A DNA stretch of 64,000 nt from Spirochaetia bacterium (GTDB lineage: Bacteria > Spirochaetota > Spirochaetia > SZUA-6 > Bin103), in contig CBDBDQ010000005.1 of NCBI GenBank assembly GCA_965203905.1, positions 4,736,001-4,800,000 of the forward strand, written 5' to 3'. The notes beneath the pieces are model-generated. The model was not told the DNA's origin. It made no database searches and saw only the letters and a program-made list of their open reading frames with translations. This document shows, piece after piece, positions 1 to 10,534 of this stretch. A program made the position numbers and the translations under genes. How positions within the stretch are numbered: position 1 is the stretch's first letter; each line of letters opens with the position of its first letter.

Positions 1-172
1 TCCCGCCGTACTCTGGCGCGACTACCTGCTTGCCGGTGGTGGGGTCGGTCACGTACTTCTTGTCAGCGGAAGCAGTTGGCTGTTCCTCTTCTGGCGCCGC
101 CCAGAGTGTGGTCGCGGCCAAGCTTAAGACCAGTACGACCATGCAAACCTTCGTGATTCTTAGCTCTTTCAT
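1..172 (-). CDS. ABC peptide/nickel-type (family 5) substrate-binding protein, N-terminal part, runs off the window
   Basis: Manual translation MKELRITKVCMVVLVLSLAATTLWAAPEEEQ...KKYVTDPTTGKQVVAPEYGG: signal peptide plus the PxYGG start motif; AGAGGA RBS upstream. Confidence 0.75.
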   Translation of the reverse strand, partial: MKELRITKVCMVVLVLSLAATTLWAAPEEEQPTASADKKYVTDPTTGKQVVAPEYGG

Positions 173-388
173 ACATTTTCCTCTTTGAGGTTAGATTTGA
201 GAGTATTGTCCGGTGAGCTACCGCTCCCTGCCTCATCGTTAGAAACAAGTTTGTTTTCTTCTTTCGCAACTCCTACTGAATACGTTTTCAGACAATACAC
301 ATTTCGAGATCAATCTTACCTTGCGAGGATTTGGCGCTCTTTCACCTCCGTAATTTGTATTGTGTCCGATCCCATGCGCACCTCCTTT

Positions 389-660
389 TCACATGTTAAT
401 TTTAGCCTGATTAGCTACCGACTTTAGTTCTCTCCCATTCATCGGTGCGTTGTTTTGCCATTTAACCCCTTTGCGGATGTTGAAGATAATCGTGAATGGA
501 TCGGGGGGGGGCGCAGCTCTCAGCCAGATGCGATCTAAAGAGGGATAGAGGCTGGTACTGGCTGTTGCCGGTGCTCGGGTCGAGTACCATTTCCTTTTCC
601 TGTCGCCGCGGCCGGGTCCTGTTCCCCGACCGGGCTTGCCCACAGGCCGGTTGGCCTACA
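389..660 (-). pseudogene. Deleted and frameshifted paralog of the family 5 binding protein
   Basis: Fragments GLWASPVGEQ, EKEMVLDPSTG and DPFTIIFNIRKGVKWQNNAPMNGREL lie in different frames. Confidence 0.6.
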
Positions 661-863
661 GGGGCCCTGCATGACTTCCCTGTGCGACCGTAGTACGGAC
701 CCGCGACTCGGGTCAACCAGCCAGGTCGAAGGTCGAAGAATCCCATCGTCCCATCTATCCCGTCCCACGCTGCCGGCTCCCGGCCTCGCGTCGGCGCGGC
801 CTGATTTCCGAAGTCCCGCCCGCGGGCGGGGAGTTCACGAATATCGCCGGGCACCCACGCCGC

Positions 864-1230
864 TCAATCGGCTGGCGCGGTGATCTGCCGGATCACTTGC
901 TGAACCTCCCGGCCTCGCCGCGCGTTGCCGGTGCGGAACGACCGCACCGAGTCCAGAACGAGGAACTGTTTCCAGAGCGCCCAACCGCGTGCCCGTTGCC
1001 AGACAAGCCCGTGCAACTTCAGGTTGGCACGAAACAATGCTCGGCTGTCTTCGTCCAGCAGAGTCCATGCTACCGTCAGGTCGCACGCGGGATCCCCCGC
1101 CGCCAACTGACCGAAGTCGATCACGGCATGCAGTCGCCCATCCGCACCAGGAGGGTTCCGGCTGCGACGTCGCCATGCACCCACATCGGATTACCCTGCC
1201 AGCCGCCGGGCCGCTGTCGGACGCCGCCGC
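864..1230 (-). pseudogene. Aminoglycoside phosphotransferase-family kinase, C-terminal remnant
   Basis: PMWVHGDVAAG and AVIDFGQLAAGDPACDL motifs split by a frameshift; no N-terminus. Confidence 0.7.
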
Positions 1231-1249
1231 GGGGAGTCGGAGATCGGCC

Positions 1250-1700
1250 GCGGGCTTGGTGGGCGGCTGCCGCAGCAACTTCCACTGCCAGAGCTGCAGT
1301 TCCGGGTCCTCCGGTCCATCTCTCGCGTTTCCGCGGAAACGCGCGGCGCGGCAATGCCGGCTTCACGGGAGCAAAGGGTCTCCGCCTCCACGCGCATCGT
1401 CACCTGGAAGCGGTCGCCGGCACTGCCGGGATCGAGCTCGCCGGCCAGCGCGCTCTCTGCCACCATCCCCAGCGCATCTGCACGCCGCGGCGCGATGCTC
1501 ACATCGTTTCCGTCCGCCGTCGGCGGCACCTGCTCCAGCGCCGCCTCAAGGGCGTGCAGCACGACCGCGCCCACCTTCGGCGTCAGCCGCGCCCGCAGTA
1601 CCACCATGCCGTCCTCGTCCACCCGCGTGCTCGGCGTTCGCCGCGCCAGCCGCACTCTCACCGATTCGATGGCATGTAGACAACGCTGCGGGCGGCGGAG
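1250..1700 (-). pseudogene. DUF222/HNH-type repeat protein remnant
   Basis: DEDGMVVLRARLTP, RRADALGMVAESALA and VSAET segments typical of DUF222-HNH proteins. Confidence 0.55.
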
Positions 1701-1813
1701 AGGTGCGGGTCGCGGAATCGATGTGGCAGCGACGAGACGCGAATGACGACATGCGAGCCGCACGGCGAGTGATTTGCGGCCCACCGCCGAATGACCCGAT
1801 AATCGATCAGCCG

Positions 1814-2647
1814 ATGAGCACGCTCACCCCCGAGGAGATCCGGTTCTTCAAGCGCGAAGGGTACCTGATCAAGCGCGGCGTGCTCGATCCGGAGCCGATG
1901 GCGCGCGCCCGCAAGCGCAAGTGGGCCGGTGCGCCGGCGCGCATGAAGCGGGACGATCCCGACACCTGGTTCGGGCCGTTTCGGGCCGACGAGGAACTGG
2001 CCGAGAGTCCCGTGAACTATCGCTCCGGGTTCACCTGGAAGTACACCGCTCCGGCGTACGAGCCGTGGATCGTCGCCATGTTTGCCACCAACCCGGTGCT
2101 CCTGGGCTGGGCGCAGCAGCTCCTGGGCCGGGGCGAGATCGAAGTTCCGGAGCGGATCCGCGGCATCTACTGCCAATTGCCGGAGGGGGACCTGCCGCCG
2201 CGTCCGACCGTGTGCCACTGCGACGTGACGCCGGACCGCTTGCACAGCACGCCTTTGTCAGAGCTGCTGGCTCCCGGCCTGGGTGCGGTCGGCCTGATCG
2301 CCGACATCCCGCCCGCGGGCGGGGCGTTCACCGTGTGGCCGGGCACCCACCGCATCATCCATGACCTGCTGCTGCACACCGAGGGACTGGCCCGCAACGA
2401 GGCGTACCAGCGGCGCATCATCGAGTTCAACGCCGACCCGCGCGTGGAAGGACACGGCGCGGCCGGCGACGTCCTGCTGTGGCACCGCCTGCTGGCGCAT
2501 ACCGCGGGCTGGAACCGGTCGCCGCGGATCCAGCTCCGCGAAGCCGTGCTGTGTGACTACCGCAAGCGGGCGGCCGCGCTTCCCGATCCCGATGGCCCCT
2601 TCGAGGAGATGTGGCGGGGATGGTCGCACGAGGTGCGTTCGCTTTAA
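1814..2647 (+). CDS. Phytanoyl-CoA dioxygenase (PhyH) family protein
   Basis: LTPEEIRFFKREGYL start, HxD (HCD), GAFTVWPGTH, AGDVLLWH...H. Confidence 0.85.
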   Translation: MSTLTPEEIRFFKREGYLIKRGVLDPEPMARARKRKWAGAPARMKRDDPDTWFGPFRADEELAESPVNYRSGFTWKYTAPAYEPWIVAMFATNPVLLGWAQQLLGRGEIEVPERIRGIYCQLPEGDLPPRPTVCHCDVTPDRLHSTPLSELLAPGLGAVGLIADIPPAGGAFTVWPGTHRIIHDLLLHTEGLARNEAYQRRIIEFNADPRVEGHGAAGDVLLWHRLLAHTAGWNRSPRIQLREAVLCDYRKRAAALPDPDGPFEEMWRGWSHEVRSL

Positions 2648-2723
2648 TGTGACGACCGCAGGAGGCAGCCCGTTTGCTGAGCAACGACGACCTGACCCGG
2701 CGGGTGTTCCCACCCCAGAGCGC

Positions 2724-3638
2724 ATGACCGGCAGCAACACCCTCGGCCGGCGGATCGCGCGGAACTGGGAGCTGTATCTCTTCATTCTGCCCGCACTCGG
2801 CCTGATCGCGCTGTTCCACTACGTCCCGATCTACGGCCTGCAGTTGGCGTTCAAGCGCTTCCTGGCGGTCAAGGGCATCTGGGCCAGCCCGTGGACCGGG
2901 CTGCAGAACTTCCGCATTTTTTTCAACAGTGCTTCCTTCGAACTCATTGTCTTCAACACCCTGAGCATCAGCCTGTACGAGCTGATCGCCGGCTTTCCGA
3001 TGCCGGTGCTGCTGGCCCTGATCTTCCACTACACCCCGATTCCCGGGATCAAGAAGACCGTGCAGATGGTCTCTTACGCGCCCCATTTCATCACCGTGGT
3101 GGTGCTGGTGGGGATGATCGGCATCATGCTGCACCCGGTGTACGGCCCCATCAACCTGGTCATCAAGGCGCTCGGCTTCGAGTCGGTGTTCTTCATGATC
3201 AAGCCGGAGCTGTTCAAGACGATCTACGTGTTTTCCGGGGTCTGGCAGAACGTGGGGTGGGGCTCGATCATCTTTCTGGCGGCGCTGTCGGCGGTCGATC
3301 CCGGCCTGCATGAGTCGGCGATCGTGGACGGCGCCACCAAGCTGCGCCGCATCTGGCACATCGACCTGCCGCTGCTGATGCCGACCGTGATCATCCTGCT
3401 GATCCTGCGCTGCGGCCACCTGCTGAGCGTCGGTTTCGAGAAGGTGTACCTGATGCAGAACCCGCTCACCATCCGCACCTCGGAAGTGCTGGCCACCTAC
3501 GTGTACCGGGCCGGCATCGAGCAGGGCAGGATCGAGCTCGGGGTGACCGTGGGGCTGTTCAATGCGGTCGCCAACTTCGCCATGCTGGTGCTGGTGAACC
3601 GCATCGCCCGCAAGTTCAGCGACACGTCCGTGTTCTGA
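2724..3638 (+). CDS. Carbohydrate ABC transporter permease (LplB-like)
   Basis: Multiple TM segments, SYAPHFI motif, EAA loop ESAIVDGA. Confidence 0.9.
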   Translation: MTGSNTLGRRIARNWELYLFILPALGLIALFHYVPIYGLQLAFKRFLAVKGIWASPWTGLQNFRIFFNSASFELIVFNTLSISLYELIAGFPMPVLLALIFHYTPIPGIKKTVQMVSYAPHFITVVVLVGMIGIMLHPVYGPINLVIKALGFESVFFMIKPELFKTIYVFSGVWQNVGWGSIIFLAALSAVDPGLHESAIVDGATKLRRIWHIDLPLLMPTVIILLILRCGHLLSVGFEKVYLMQNPLTIRTSEVLATYVYRAGIEQGRIELGVTVGLFNAVANFAMLVLVNRIARKFSDTSVF

Positions 3639-3652
3639 AAGGCGATGTTCTG

Positions 3653-4555
3653 ATGTCGAGTACCACCGCGCGGCTCGGGGAGAGCAGAGAGGACCGCATC
3701 TTCAACGCCGTCATTTACGGCTGCCTGGCGCTGGTGTTCGTCTCCATGGTGTACCCGCTGTGGTTCATCCTGATCGCTTCTTTCAGTGATCCCAACTCGG
3801 TCTATAACGGCAAGGTGCTGGTGCTGCCGCACAACACCACCCTGCGCGGCTACGAGCTGATCCTCGAATACCGCCCGATCTGGATCGGCTACCGCAATGC
3901 GTTCATCTACCTGTTCCTGGGCACCGCAATCAACCTGGCGGTGATGGTGCCGGCGGCGTACGCGCTGTCGCGCAAGGACCTGGTGGGGCGCAACCTGATC
4001 ATGGCGGTGTTCGTGTTCACCATGTTCTTCGGCGGCGGCCTGATTCCCACCTACCTGCTGGTGCGCAAGCTGGGGCTCTACGACACCATCTGGCCGATGG
4101 TGCTGCTGCCGGCGGTCTCGGTGTACCTGATGATCATCGCCCGCACCTTCTTTCAGACCACGATTCCGGACGAGCTCCTCGCCGCGGCCCAGATCGACGG
4201 CTGCAGCAACCGCCAGTTCTTCCTGCTGGTGGTGATCCCGGTGTCGCCGGCGATCATCGCCGTGCTCACGCTGTTCTGCGGCGTGAACCACTGGAACCAG
4301 TTTTTCCTGCCGCTGATCTACCTGGAGCGGGAGAGTCTGCATCCGCTGCAACTGGTGTTGCGCGGCCTGCTCACCCAGGTGGAGTGGCTGGCCTCCGAGC
4401 TGGGCGGCGACGAGTCGTTCCTGGAGCAGCAGAAGATGGCCGACCTGATGAAGTACGGGGTGATAATCGTGGCGTCGGTGCCGATGCTGGTGCTGTATCC
4501 GTTCATCCAGCGCCACTTCGTGCGCGGCGTGATGATCGGCTCATTGAAGGGATAG
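3653..4555 (+). CDS. Carbohydrate ABC transporter permease (LplC-like)
   Basis: FGGGLIPTY, AAQIDG EAA loop, YPFIQRHFVRGVMIGSLKG C-terminus. Confidence 0.9.
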   Translation: MSSTTARLGESREDRIFNAVIYGCLALVFVSMVYPLWFILIASFSDPNSVYNGKVLVLPHNTTLRGYELILEYRPIWIGYRNAFIYLFLGTAINLAVMVPAAYALSRKDLVGRNLIMAVFVFTMFFGGGLIPTYLLVRKLGLYDTIWPMVLLPAVSVYLMIIARTFFQTTIPDELLAAAQIDGCSNRQFFLLVVIPVSPAIIAVLTLFCGVNHWNQFFLPLIYLERESLHPLQLVLRGLLTQVEWLASELGGDESFLEQQKMADLMKYGVIIVASVPMLVLYPFIQRHFVRGVMIGSLKG

Positions 4556-4600
4556 CGAGAACCGGGCACAATCGAAGACGAAACCGCAAGGAGGACGCTT

Positions 4601-6208
4601 GTGTACAAGAAAGCGCCGACCCCGATTCTGGGAGCACTGCTGGTGCTCATCGTTGCCGTCGCCGCCACGGCCGGCGGCGAGGGAGAGGCGGCCGGCGACA
4701 GCTCGGTCAGCGACAACTTCAACCCCACGGGACTGCCGATCCTGAACCAACCGGTCACCTTCCGGGTGGCGATGATCGACTACTGGAACACGCCGGATTT
4801 CAACGACAAGCAGATGGTGCGCGACTGGACCGAGAAGACCAACCTGGTGTTCGACTGGATCCACATGTCGGGCCAGGACGCCCAGACCAAGGTGCCCCTG
4901 ATGTACTCCACCAACGACCTGCCGGACGCGTTCATCGGCATCAGGCAGGCGGTGAGCGACGACTACGGCGCGCAGGGGCTGAACATCGCCCTGGAGGAGT
5001 ACGTCGCTCGCTATGCGCCCAACATCACCAAGGCGCTCGACGAGGTTACCGCCGCGCGCCGCCTGCACACCGCGCTCGACGGCCACCTGTACCACATCCC
5101 GAGCATCGGGTTTCTGAGCCGCGGCGGACAGGTTGCGTACAGCTCGTTCGTGCGCACGCAGTGGCTGGAAGCGCTCGGCGAGTCGGTGCCCGAGGACCTC
5201 GACGGCTTCGTCGAGCTGCTGCGCGCGTTCCGCGACGGCGACCCCAACGGCAACGGCCAGGCCGACGAGATCCCGTTCTCGGTGCGCTGGGCCGACGGCA
5301 TCTCCGGCATCCGCGCCTGGTTCCATCCGTTCGGCACCACCAGCGCGTTCATGGGGCCGATGTTCATCCGCGACAACGTGGTGCAGGCCACCACCCTGCA
5401 GCCCGGCTACCGGGACGCCATCAAGTGGCTGCACTCGATCTGGGCGGAGGGGCTGCTGGACCAGGAGGCGTTCACCTACGAAATCCAGGCCTACCGGGCC
5501 AAGAACCAGGAGGGTGTGATCGGCGTGAGCTCGGCCTGGGGCGGCTGGAACATCGTCCCGGAGGGCAGCGCGGCGCAGGCCAAGGAATGGTGGACCCCGA
5601 TCCCGCCGCTGGCCGGCCCCGACGGCAGCCGCGACGCCGAGTTCAACGCGCTCGCCGGGATCGGTAACGGCCTGGTGATCACCAACGCCGCCGAGATGCC
5701 GGAGGCGCTGGTGCGCTACGTCGACCTGAATTTCATCCCGGAAAACGCCGTGCAGTGGAGCCTCGGCCCGCTGGGACACAACCTGTTCCAGGACGATCAG
5801 GGACGGATCGGATACCTCCCGACGCCGGACAGCTACCAGGGCTACGGCCAGTTCCGCATTTCCGAGACCGCCGTGTTCATGACCAACGGCGTGGTTCCGA
5901 GCTGGTCTGCGACCAACTTCCTGCCCGACGAGCGCAACCAGTGGAAGAACGGCCTGGTCGACCTGTACCTGCCGCACGCCACCATGTCCGGCATCAACGC
6001 GGTCAAGCTGTCCGCCGACGAGGTCGCCGAAGCGGGCGTGTACCTGACCGACATCAACTCCTACATCCAGTCCAAGGAGGCGGAGTGGGTGGTCAACGGC
6101 AAGATCGACGAAGAGTGGGACGATTACGTAAAGCAGCTCAACAACATGGGTATGGAGCGGGTGCTGGAGATCTACCAGACCGGCGCCGACCGCTGGGCCG
6201 GCGAATAG
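4601..6208 (+). CDS. Carbohydrate ABC extracellular solute-binding protein
   Basis: Signal peptide, NFNPTGLPI, DPNGNGQADEIP motif; AAGGAGG RBS; in operon with the permeases. Confidence 0.88.
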   Translation: MYKKAPTPILGALLVLIVAVAATAGGEGEAAGDSSVSDNFNPTGLPILNQPVTFRVAMIDYWNTPDFNDKQMVRDWTEKTNLVFDWIHMSGQDAQTKVPLMYSTNDLPDAFIGIRQAVSDDYGAQGLNIALEEYVARYAPNITKALDEVTAARRLHTALDGHLYHIPSIGFLSRGGQVAYSSFVRTQWLEALGESVPEDLDGFVELLRAFRDGDPNGNGQADEIPFSVRWADGISGIRAWFHPFGTTSAFMGPMFIRDNVVQATTLQPGYRDAIKWLHSIWAEGLLDQEAFTYEIQAYRAKNQEGVIGVSSAWGGWNIVPEGSAAQAKEWWTPIPPLAGPDGSRDAEFNALAGIGNGLVITNAAEMPEALVRYVDLNFIPENAVQWSLGPLGHNLFQDDQGRIGYLPTPDSYQGYGQFRISETAVFMTNGVVPSWSATNFLPDERNQWKNGLVDLYLPHATMSGINAVKLSADEVAEAGVYLTDINSYIQSKEAEWVVNGKIDEEWDDYVKQLNNMGMERVLEIYQTGADRWAGE

Positions 6209-6361
6209 CGCGCCCCTTCGGATCCGGCCGACGGCGGCGCCCGGACGCTTGGCGCAATAAAGGGTTGAGCAGGAGGGCGACATGTAGGATGACCTAATGG
6301 AGAAGAGATAATGCGATAGGCTATGCATTGTCGATGTCATGTACCATCTACGGAGGTAATC

Positions 6362-7897
6362 ATGAAGGAACTAATGAGTATCCTGCTAGGGATGCTTCTC
6401 GCCGTATCGGTGTTCGGTACCGGGGAGGGTGAAGGTGCGACCGGCGAGATTGTCGAGGTCACCCATATGGTCGCTGACAGGGGCATCGTCCCGGCCGAGG
6501 TAGGTACGCTGCAGGATAACTGGTTCGTGGATCTGGTGAACGAGAAGCTCGCACCAAGCGGAGTAAGACTGGGAGTGGTAGTTTTCCCCCGGGGAGAGTA
6601 CTCCGCCAAGGTGAATACCATGATGGCAGCCGGGACAGCCCCGGACGTCATGTGGACGTGGAGTTTCGATCAGGTCGGAAAGTGGACGCAGGAAGGCGGG
6701 CTTCTCGATTACGCTCCCTACCTCGATGAACACGGACCCAACATCCGCACACTATACTCTCAGGAGGACCTCGCCGCAGGTACCTTTGACGGCAAGCTGA
6801 CCGGACTGAGAGGCATCCAAACGTGGGCCCAATGGGCGCGTATGACGTTCGCACGACAGGACTATCTCGAGGCTCTGGGTTTGGATGCACCGCAATCCGT
6901 CGATGAGCTCTATCAGGTGTTGGTTGCATTGAAGGAAAACGCCGCGGCACTGGGCCAGGATACGGAGTCGTTCTATCCGTTCACGATGTGGAGTTCACGT
7001 GAATGGTCGTATTACGTGATTCCAGCTTTCACCGAGGGCGAGCCGGATGCGGAACGGCTGAACATTCCAGCCCCGTTGTGGCCTGAGGCCAAAGATGGTC
7101 TTCGCTTCCTCAACAAATTGTACAACGAAGGCTTGATGTTTGACGACTCCTTGGATTCCGACTCAAGTATTCGTAAGGCGATAATGATAGACGGGAAGGC
7201 GGCCATAATTCCATGGTGGACCCATGGCCCGATCTTTACCGGCTATGGCGCCATTTACGAGAAGATGAGGACGGTGAATCCGCACGCTCGCCTGGTACCG
7301 ATTTTCCCGTGGGGGCAGAGTCCCGGCGACCACAAGCTGTTCTTCAACGTGGGCAGATACAATCTGCTGTTCATTACCCCTTCCGCCACGGAACATCCGC
7401 AAGCCGTAGTGAAGTACCTTGACTACATGGCGTCGGAGGAGGGCTACCGAACTATGACCGTCGGGGTGCTGGGAGAACATTGGGAAGCGACCGCAGATGG
7501 CGGCTTCAGACGACTCATCGATGACGCGACGGTGACGAATGAAATCTCCTGGATCCAGCCCTGCTTTGCGGTTCTATCGCTACCCTTTGATAGGGCCAGT
7601 CTCAATGCCAAGGTACTGTATGGAACGATGGCGCATGCTGACGAGTATCTCGTTTGGACCGATCAGGTTGAAAGGGCCGGCAACTATCCGCCTCCGGTGA
7701 TCAACCTGCCCACTCCCGCCCGAGATCGCTACTTCGGCGTTATCCAAGGTGAGTGGCGCGACGCGTTACCGAAGATCATCACCGCACCGGAGTCCGAATT
7801 CGATGCGGTTTTCGATCAGGCACTGGCCGCCTACCGGGCCAACGGCGGAAACGAAATAGAACAAGAGGCCATTACCAACTACCGTCAGAACTTCTGA
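6362..7897 (+). CDS. Carbohydrate ABC solute-binding protein, copy 1
   Basis: Signal peptide, MAAGTAPDV, RQDYLEALGL; GGAGG RBS; near-identical to 10535-12076. Confidence 0.85.
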   Translation: MKELMSILLGMLLAVSVFGTGEGEGATGEIVEVTHMVADRGIVPAEVGTLQDNWFVDLVNEKLAPSGVRLGVVVFPRGEYSAKVNTMMAAGTAPDVMWTWSFDQVGKWTQEGGLLDYAPYLDEHGPNIRTLYSQEDLAAGTFDGKLTGLRGIQTWAQWARMTFARQDYLEALGLDAPQSVDELYQVLVALKENAAALGQDTESFYPFTMWSSREWSYYVIPAFTEGEPDAERLNIPAPLWPEAKDGLRFLNKLYNEGLMFDDSLDSDSSIRKAIMIDGKAAIIPWWTHGPIFTGYGAIYEKMRTVNPHARLVPIFPWGQSPGDHKLFFNVGRYNLLFITPSATEHPQAVVKYLDYMASEEGYRTMTVGVLGEHWEATADGGFRRLIDDATVTNEISWIQPCFAVLSLPFDRASLNAKVLYGTMAHADEYLVWTDQVERAGNYPPPVINLPTPARDRYFGVIQGEWRDALPKIITAPESEFDAVFDQALAAYRANGGNEIEQEAITNYRQNF

Positions 7898-7984
7898 CCA
7901 GTAGGGTTTGAACGGACGTAAGACAGGCAGGGGGGCGGATGCTACGCTTCCCTGGCTGTCCCGTCTCCGCGTGCCACCAGCTAC

Positions 7985-8085
7985 CGGGTACGGGTCCGCC
8001 GTGGTCGCGTAGCCCGTCACCGAGGACGTTGCAGGACAGCACAGCGGCGATCACGAGCCCCGCGGGGATCAGCAGCCACGGTCAT
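7985..8085 (-). pseudogene. DppC/OppC permease C-terminal remnant
   Basis: Translates PWLLIPAGLVIAAVLSCNVLGDGLRD, the conserved OppC tail. Confidence 0.55.
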
Positions 8086-8299
8086 GTCAGCCTCCGTGCG
8101 ACGCGATCTCGCTCGTGTCCGCCGAAGCTGGCTGAGTTAGCGTCCCACGGCACCGTGCTGCTGTGTCAACGTGATCACCTTGACACGGTCGTTACCTTCG
8201 CCGACGGTGACGTGGATGGAGAACGCGACGACTGTGCGGCCGGCTTCTTGTAGGCCAGCATCTGCTTGTCGGGATAGGCGCGCGCTCGCGAGCACAAGT

Positions 8300-8430
8300 G
8301 GAGGGTACCCGGCGCGCTTGCAGGCTGATCCCGCCACATGGGTCGGACCGTTTCGTGCCGATGAGGAGCACGGCGAAGAGTGCGACAACTGCCGCACGGG
8401 GTCTACCTGGAAGTATCGCGCCCCGCGCCT
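8300..8430 (+). pseudogene. Remnant of a PhyH paralog
   Basis: ARLQADPATWVGPFRADEE...RTGSTWKYRAP aligns with DDPDTWFGPFRADEE...RSGFTWKYTAP of 1814-2647. Confidence 0.65.
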
Positions 8431-8610
8431 CACACGAGTTTTGAATGACCCTCCCGCGTGTGTTAAGATCAACGCCATCGTGGAACCAATCGTCGCCGCC
8501 GTTCGGAGGCCTTCGGCCGAGCGCCGCGAGCCGAGACACGCGGAACAGGAAGTCGTAGTGCGCCTGCCCCCGAGAAATCGTCGGCCGAGGCGCGCAGGCG
8601 CTCCGACACC

Positions 8611-9564
8611 ATGAAGACCAGGTCGCTCGCAAAGCCGGGCACGCTACCGGTCCGTTATGCGCCGGCCCTGACTGCCTATCTGAAGAAATACCATCAGTTC
8701 TATCTGATGCTGATCCCCGTGGTCGCGTTCTACATCGTGTTCAAGTACCTGCCGATGTACGGGATCGTCATCGCGTTCAAGGACTACAGCATCTTCAGAG
8801 GCGTCGCCGGCAGTGAGTGGGTCGGCTTCTCGGTGTTCGAGCGGGCCTTCGAGCAGCCCTCCTTCTGGCGTGCGTTCGTCAACACTATCAGGCTCAACCT
8901 GCTGTCGCTCATCTTCGGGTTTCCGGCACCGATCATCTTCGCGCTCCTGCTCAACGAGATCCGCCGTCGCAACTTCAAGAAGATCGTACAGTCAGTCTCC
9001 TACCTGCCGCACTTCTTCTCCTGGGTGGTCGTCTACGGCATTCTGCTGGCGTTCCTCAATCCCTACAGCGGCTTGCTCAGCGGGTTGCTCGAGGACCTGG
9101 GCCTCGAGCCGATCCCGTTCCTTGCGGACATCAGGTGGTGGCTCTCGGTCTACGTGGGCTCGGGAATCTGGAAGGGCGCGGGCTGGGCCGCGATCATCTA
9201 CATATCGGCGCTCAGCGCCATCGATCCCGATCTCTACGACGCCGCGTATGTCGACGGTGCCGGATTCCTGCGCTCCACTTGGCACGTCACCCTGCCGGGG
9301 ATCAGGCCGACTATCGTGATCATCTTCGTGATCAGCCTGGGACAGCTCCTCAGCATCGGGTTCGAGCAGCCGTTTCTGCTCGGCAATCCCCTGGTGAGCG
9401 AAGTGTCGTCGGTGCTCAGCACGCACATCTATCGGCTCGGTATTCTGCAAACGGAGTTCAGTCTTACTGCCGCGATCGGACTGCTTCAGTCGGTGATCAA
9501 CTTTGCCCTGTTGCTGGCTGCCAATTACCTGATCAAGCTGACGGGGGAGCGCGGCATATGGTGA
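8611..9564 (+). CDS. Carbohydrate ABC transporter permease (LplB-like)
   Basis: YLPMYGIVIAFKDY, SYLPHF, DAAYVDGA. Confidence 0.9.
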   Translation: MKTRSLAKPGTLPVRYAPALTAYLKKYHQFYLMLIPVVAFYIVFKYLPMYGIVIAFKDYSIFRGVAGSEWVGFSVFERAFEQPSFWRAFVNTIRLNLLSLIFGFPAPIIFALLLNEIRRRNFKKIVQSVSYLPHFFSWVVVYGILLAFLNPYSGLLSGLLEDLGLEPIPFLADIRWWLSVYVGSGIWKGAGWAAIIYISALSAIDPDLYDAAYVDGAGFLRSTWHVTLPGIRPTIVIIFVISLGQLLSIGFEQPFLLGNPLVSEVSSVLSTHIYRLGILQTEFSLTAAIGLLQSVINFALLLAANYLIKLTGERGIW

Positions 9565-10442
9565 AGTCGGGACGCCGTTCCGGCTCATATCGCGTGTTTG
9601 CGAGTTGCAACACGCTGTTCATGGTGCTGCTCTGCATCGTGTTCCTGTACCCGTTCCTGTTCGTGATTGCGCGCTCACTGAGCGACGGGTTCTACATCCT
9701 CAGAGGACAGATTTACCTGTTCCCGAGGGGATTCACGCTGAATGCCTACGAGGTGATGCTGGGTGATCCCCGCATGATCCAGGCCCTGCTGTTCACCACC
9801 CAGCTCACCATCGTCGGGACCCTGGTGAACCTGGTTCTGACCGTGCTGGCGGCCTACCCGCTGTCGCGCCGTTCGCTCAAGGGCACCGCCATCATCCTGG
9901 CCGGCATCTTCATTAGCTGGTACTTCTACCCGGGGCTGATACCGACCTTCCTGCTGGTGAAGGACGTGGGCCTGCTGGACACGATGTGGTCGCTGATACT
10001 GCCGGACGCGATTGCCCCGTTTCTGCTCATCATACTGATGACCTACATCCGCGGGATTCCGGAGGAGCTGGAAGAGGCGGCGGTAGTGGAGGGGTGCTCC
10101 TACTGGCGTATTCTGACTCGCATCGTCGTCCCGATCAGCAAGCCGGTGCTGGCGACCCTCACCATTTTTTACGCCGTGGGCCACTGGAACCAGTACTTCC
10201 AGGCCCTCATCTACATCAGCGACCCGGACAAGTACACCCTCCAGCTCCGCCTGCAGATCATCCTGGATCTGTGGTCGTCACGGCTGCAGATTGTGCAGAC
10301 CGCACAGGATTATGGATCGCTGGTGGCGGAAGGCGCCCAGGCCGCCGCGATCGTCATAGCCACGGTGCCGATCGTGTTGATCTATCCGTTCTTGCAAAGG
10401 TACTTCATCAAGGGGGTCACGCTGGGTGCGATAAAGGGTTGA
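9558..10442 (+). CDS. Carbohydrate ABC transporter permease (LplC-like)
   Basis: GLIPTFLLVK, EEAAVVEG, YPFLQRYFIKGVTLGAIKG; start at MVKSGRR. Confidence 0.9.
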   Translation: MVKSGRRSGSYRVFASCNTLFMVLLCIVFLYPFLFVIARSLSDGFYILRGQIYLFPRGFTLNAYEVMLGDPRMIQALLFTTQLTIVGTLVNLVLTVLAAYPLSRRSLKGTAIILAGIFISWYFYPGLIPTFLLVKDVGLLDTMWSLILPDAIAPFLLIILMTYIRGIPEELEEAAVVEGCSYWRILTRIVVPISKPVLATLTIFYAVGHWNQYFQALIYISDPDKYTLQLRLQIILDLWSSRLQIVQTAQDYGSLVAEGAQAAAIVIATVPIVLIYPFLQRYFIKGVTLGAIKG

Positions 10443-10534
10443 GGAGGAGGAACGATGTAGAGTTGCACGCTGGAGCAGAATCAATGCGACAGGCTACGCA
10501 TTGTCGAAGTCAGGTAGCATCTACGGAGGTTACT

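Noticed and set aside
864-1230. Antibiotic-resistance gene
   Set aside because: Frameshifted C-terminal fragment of a broad kinase family
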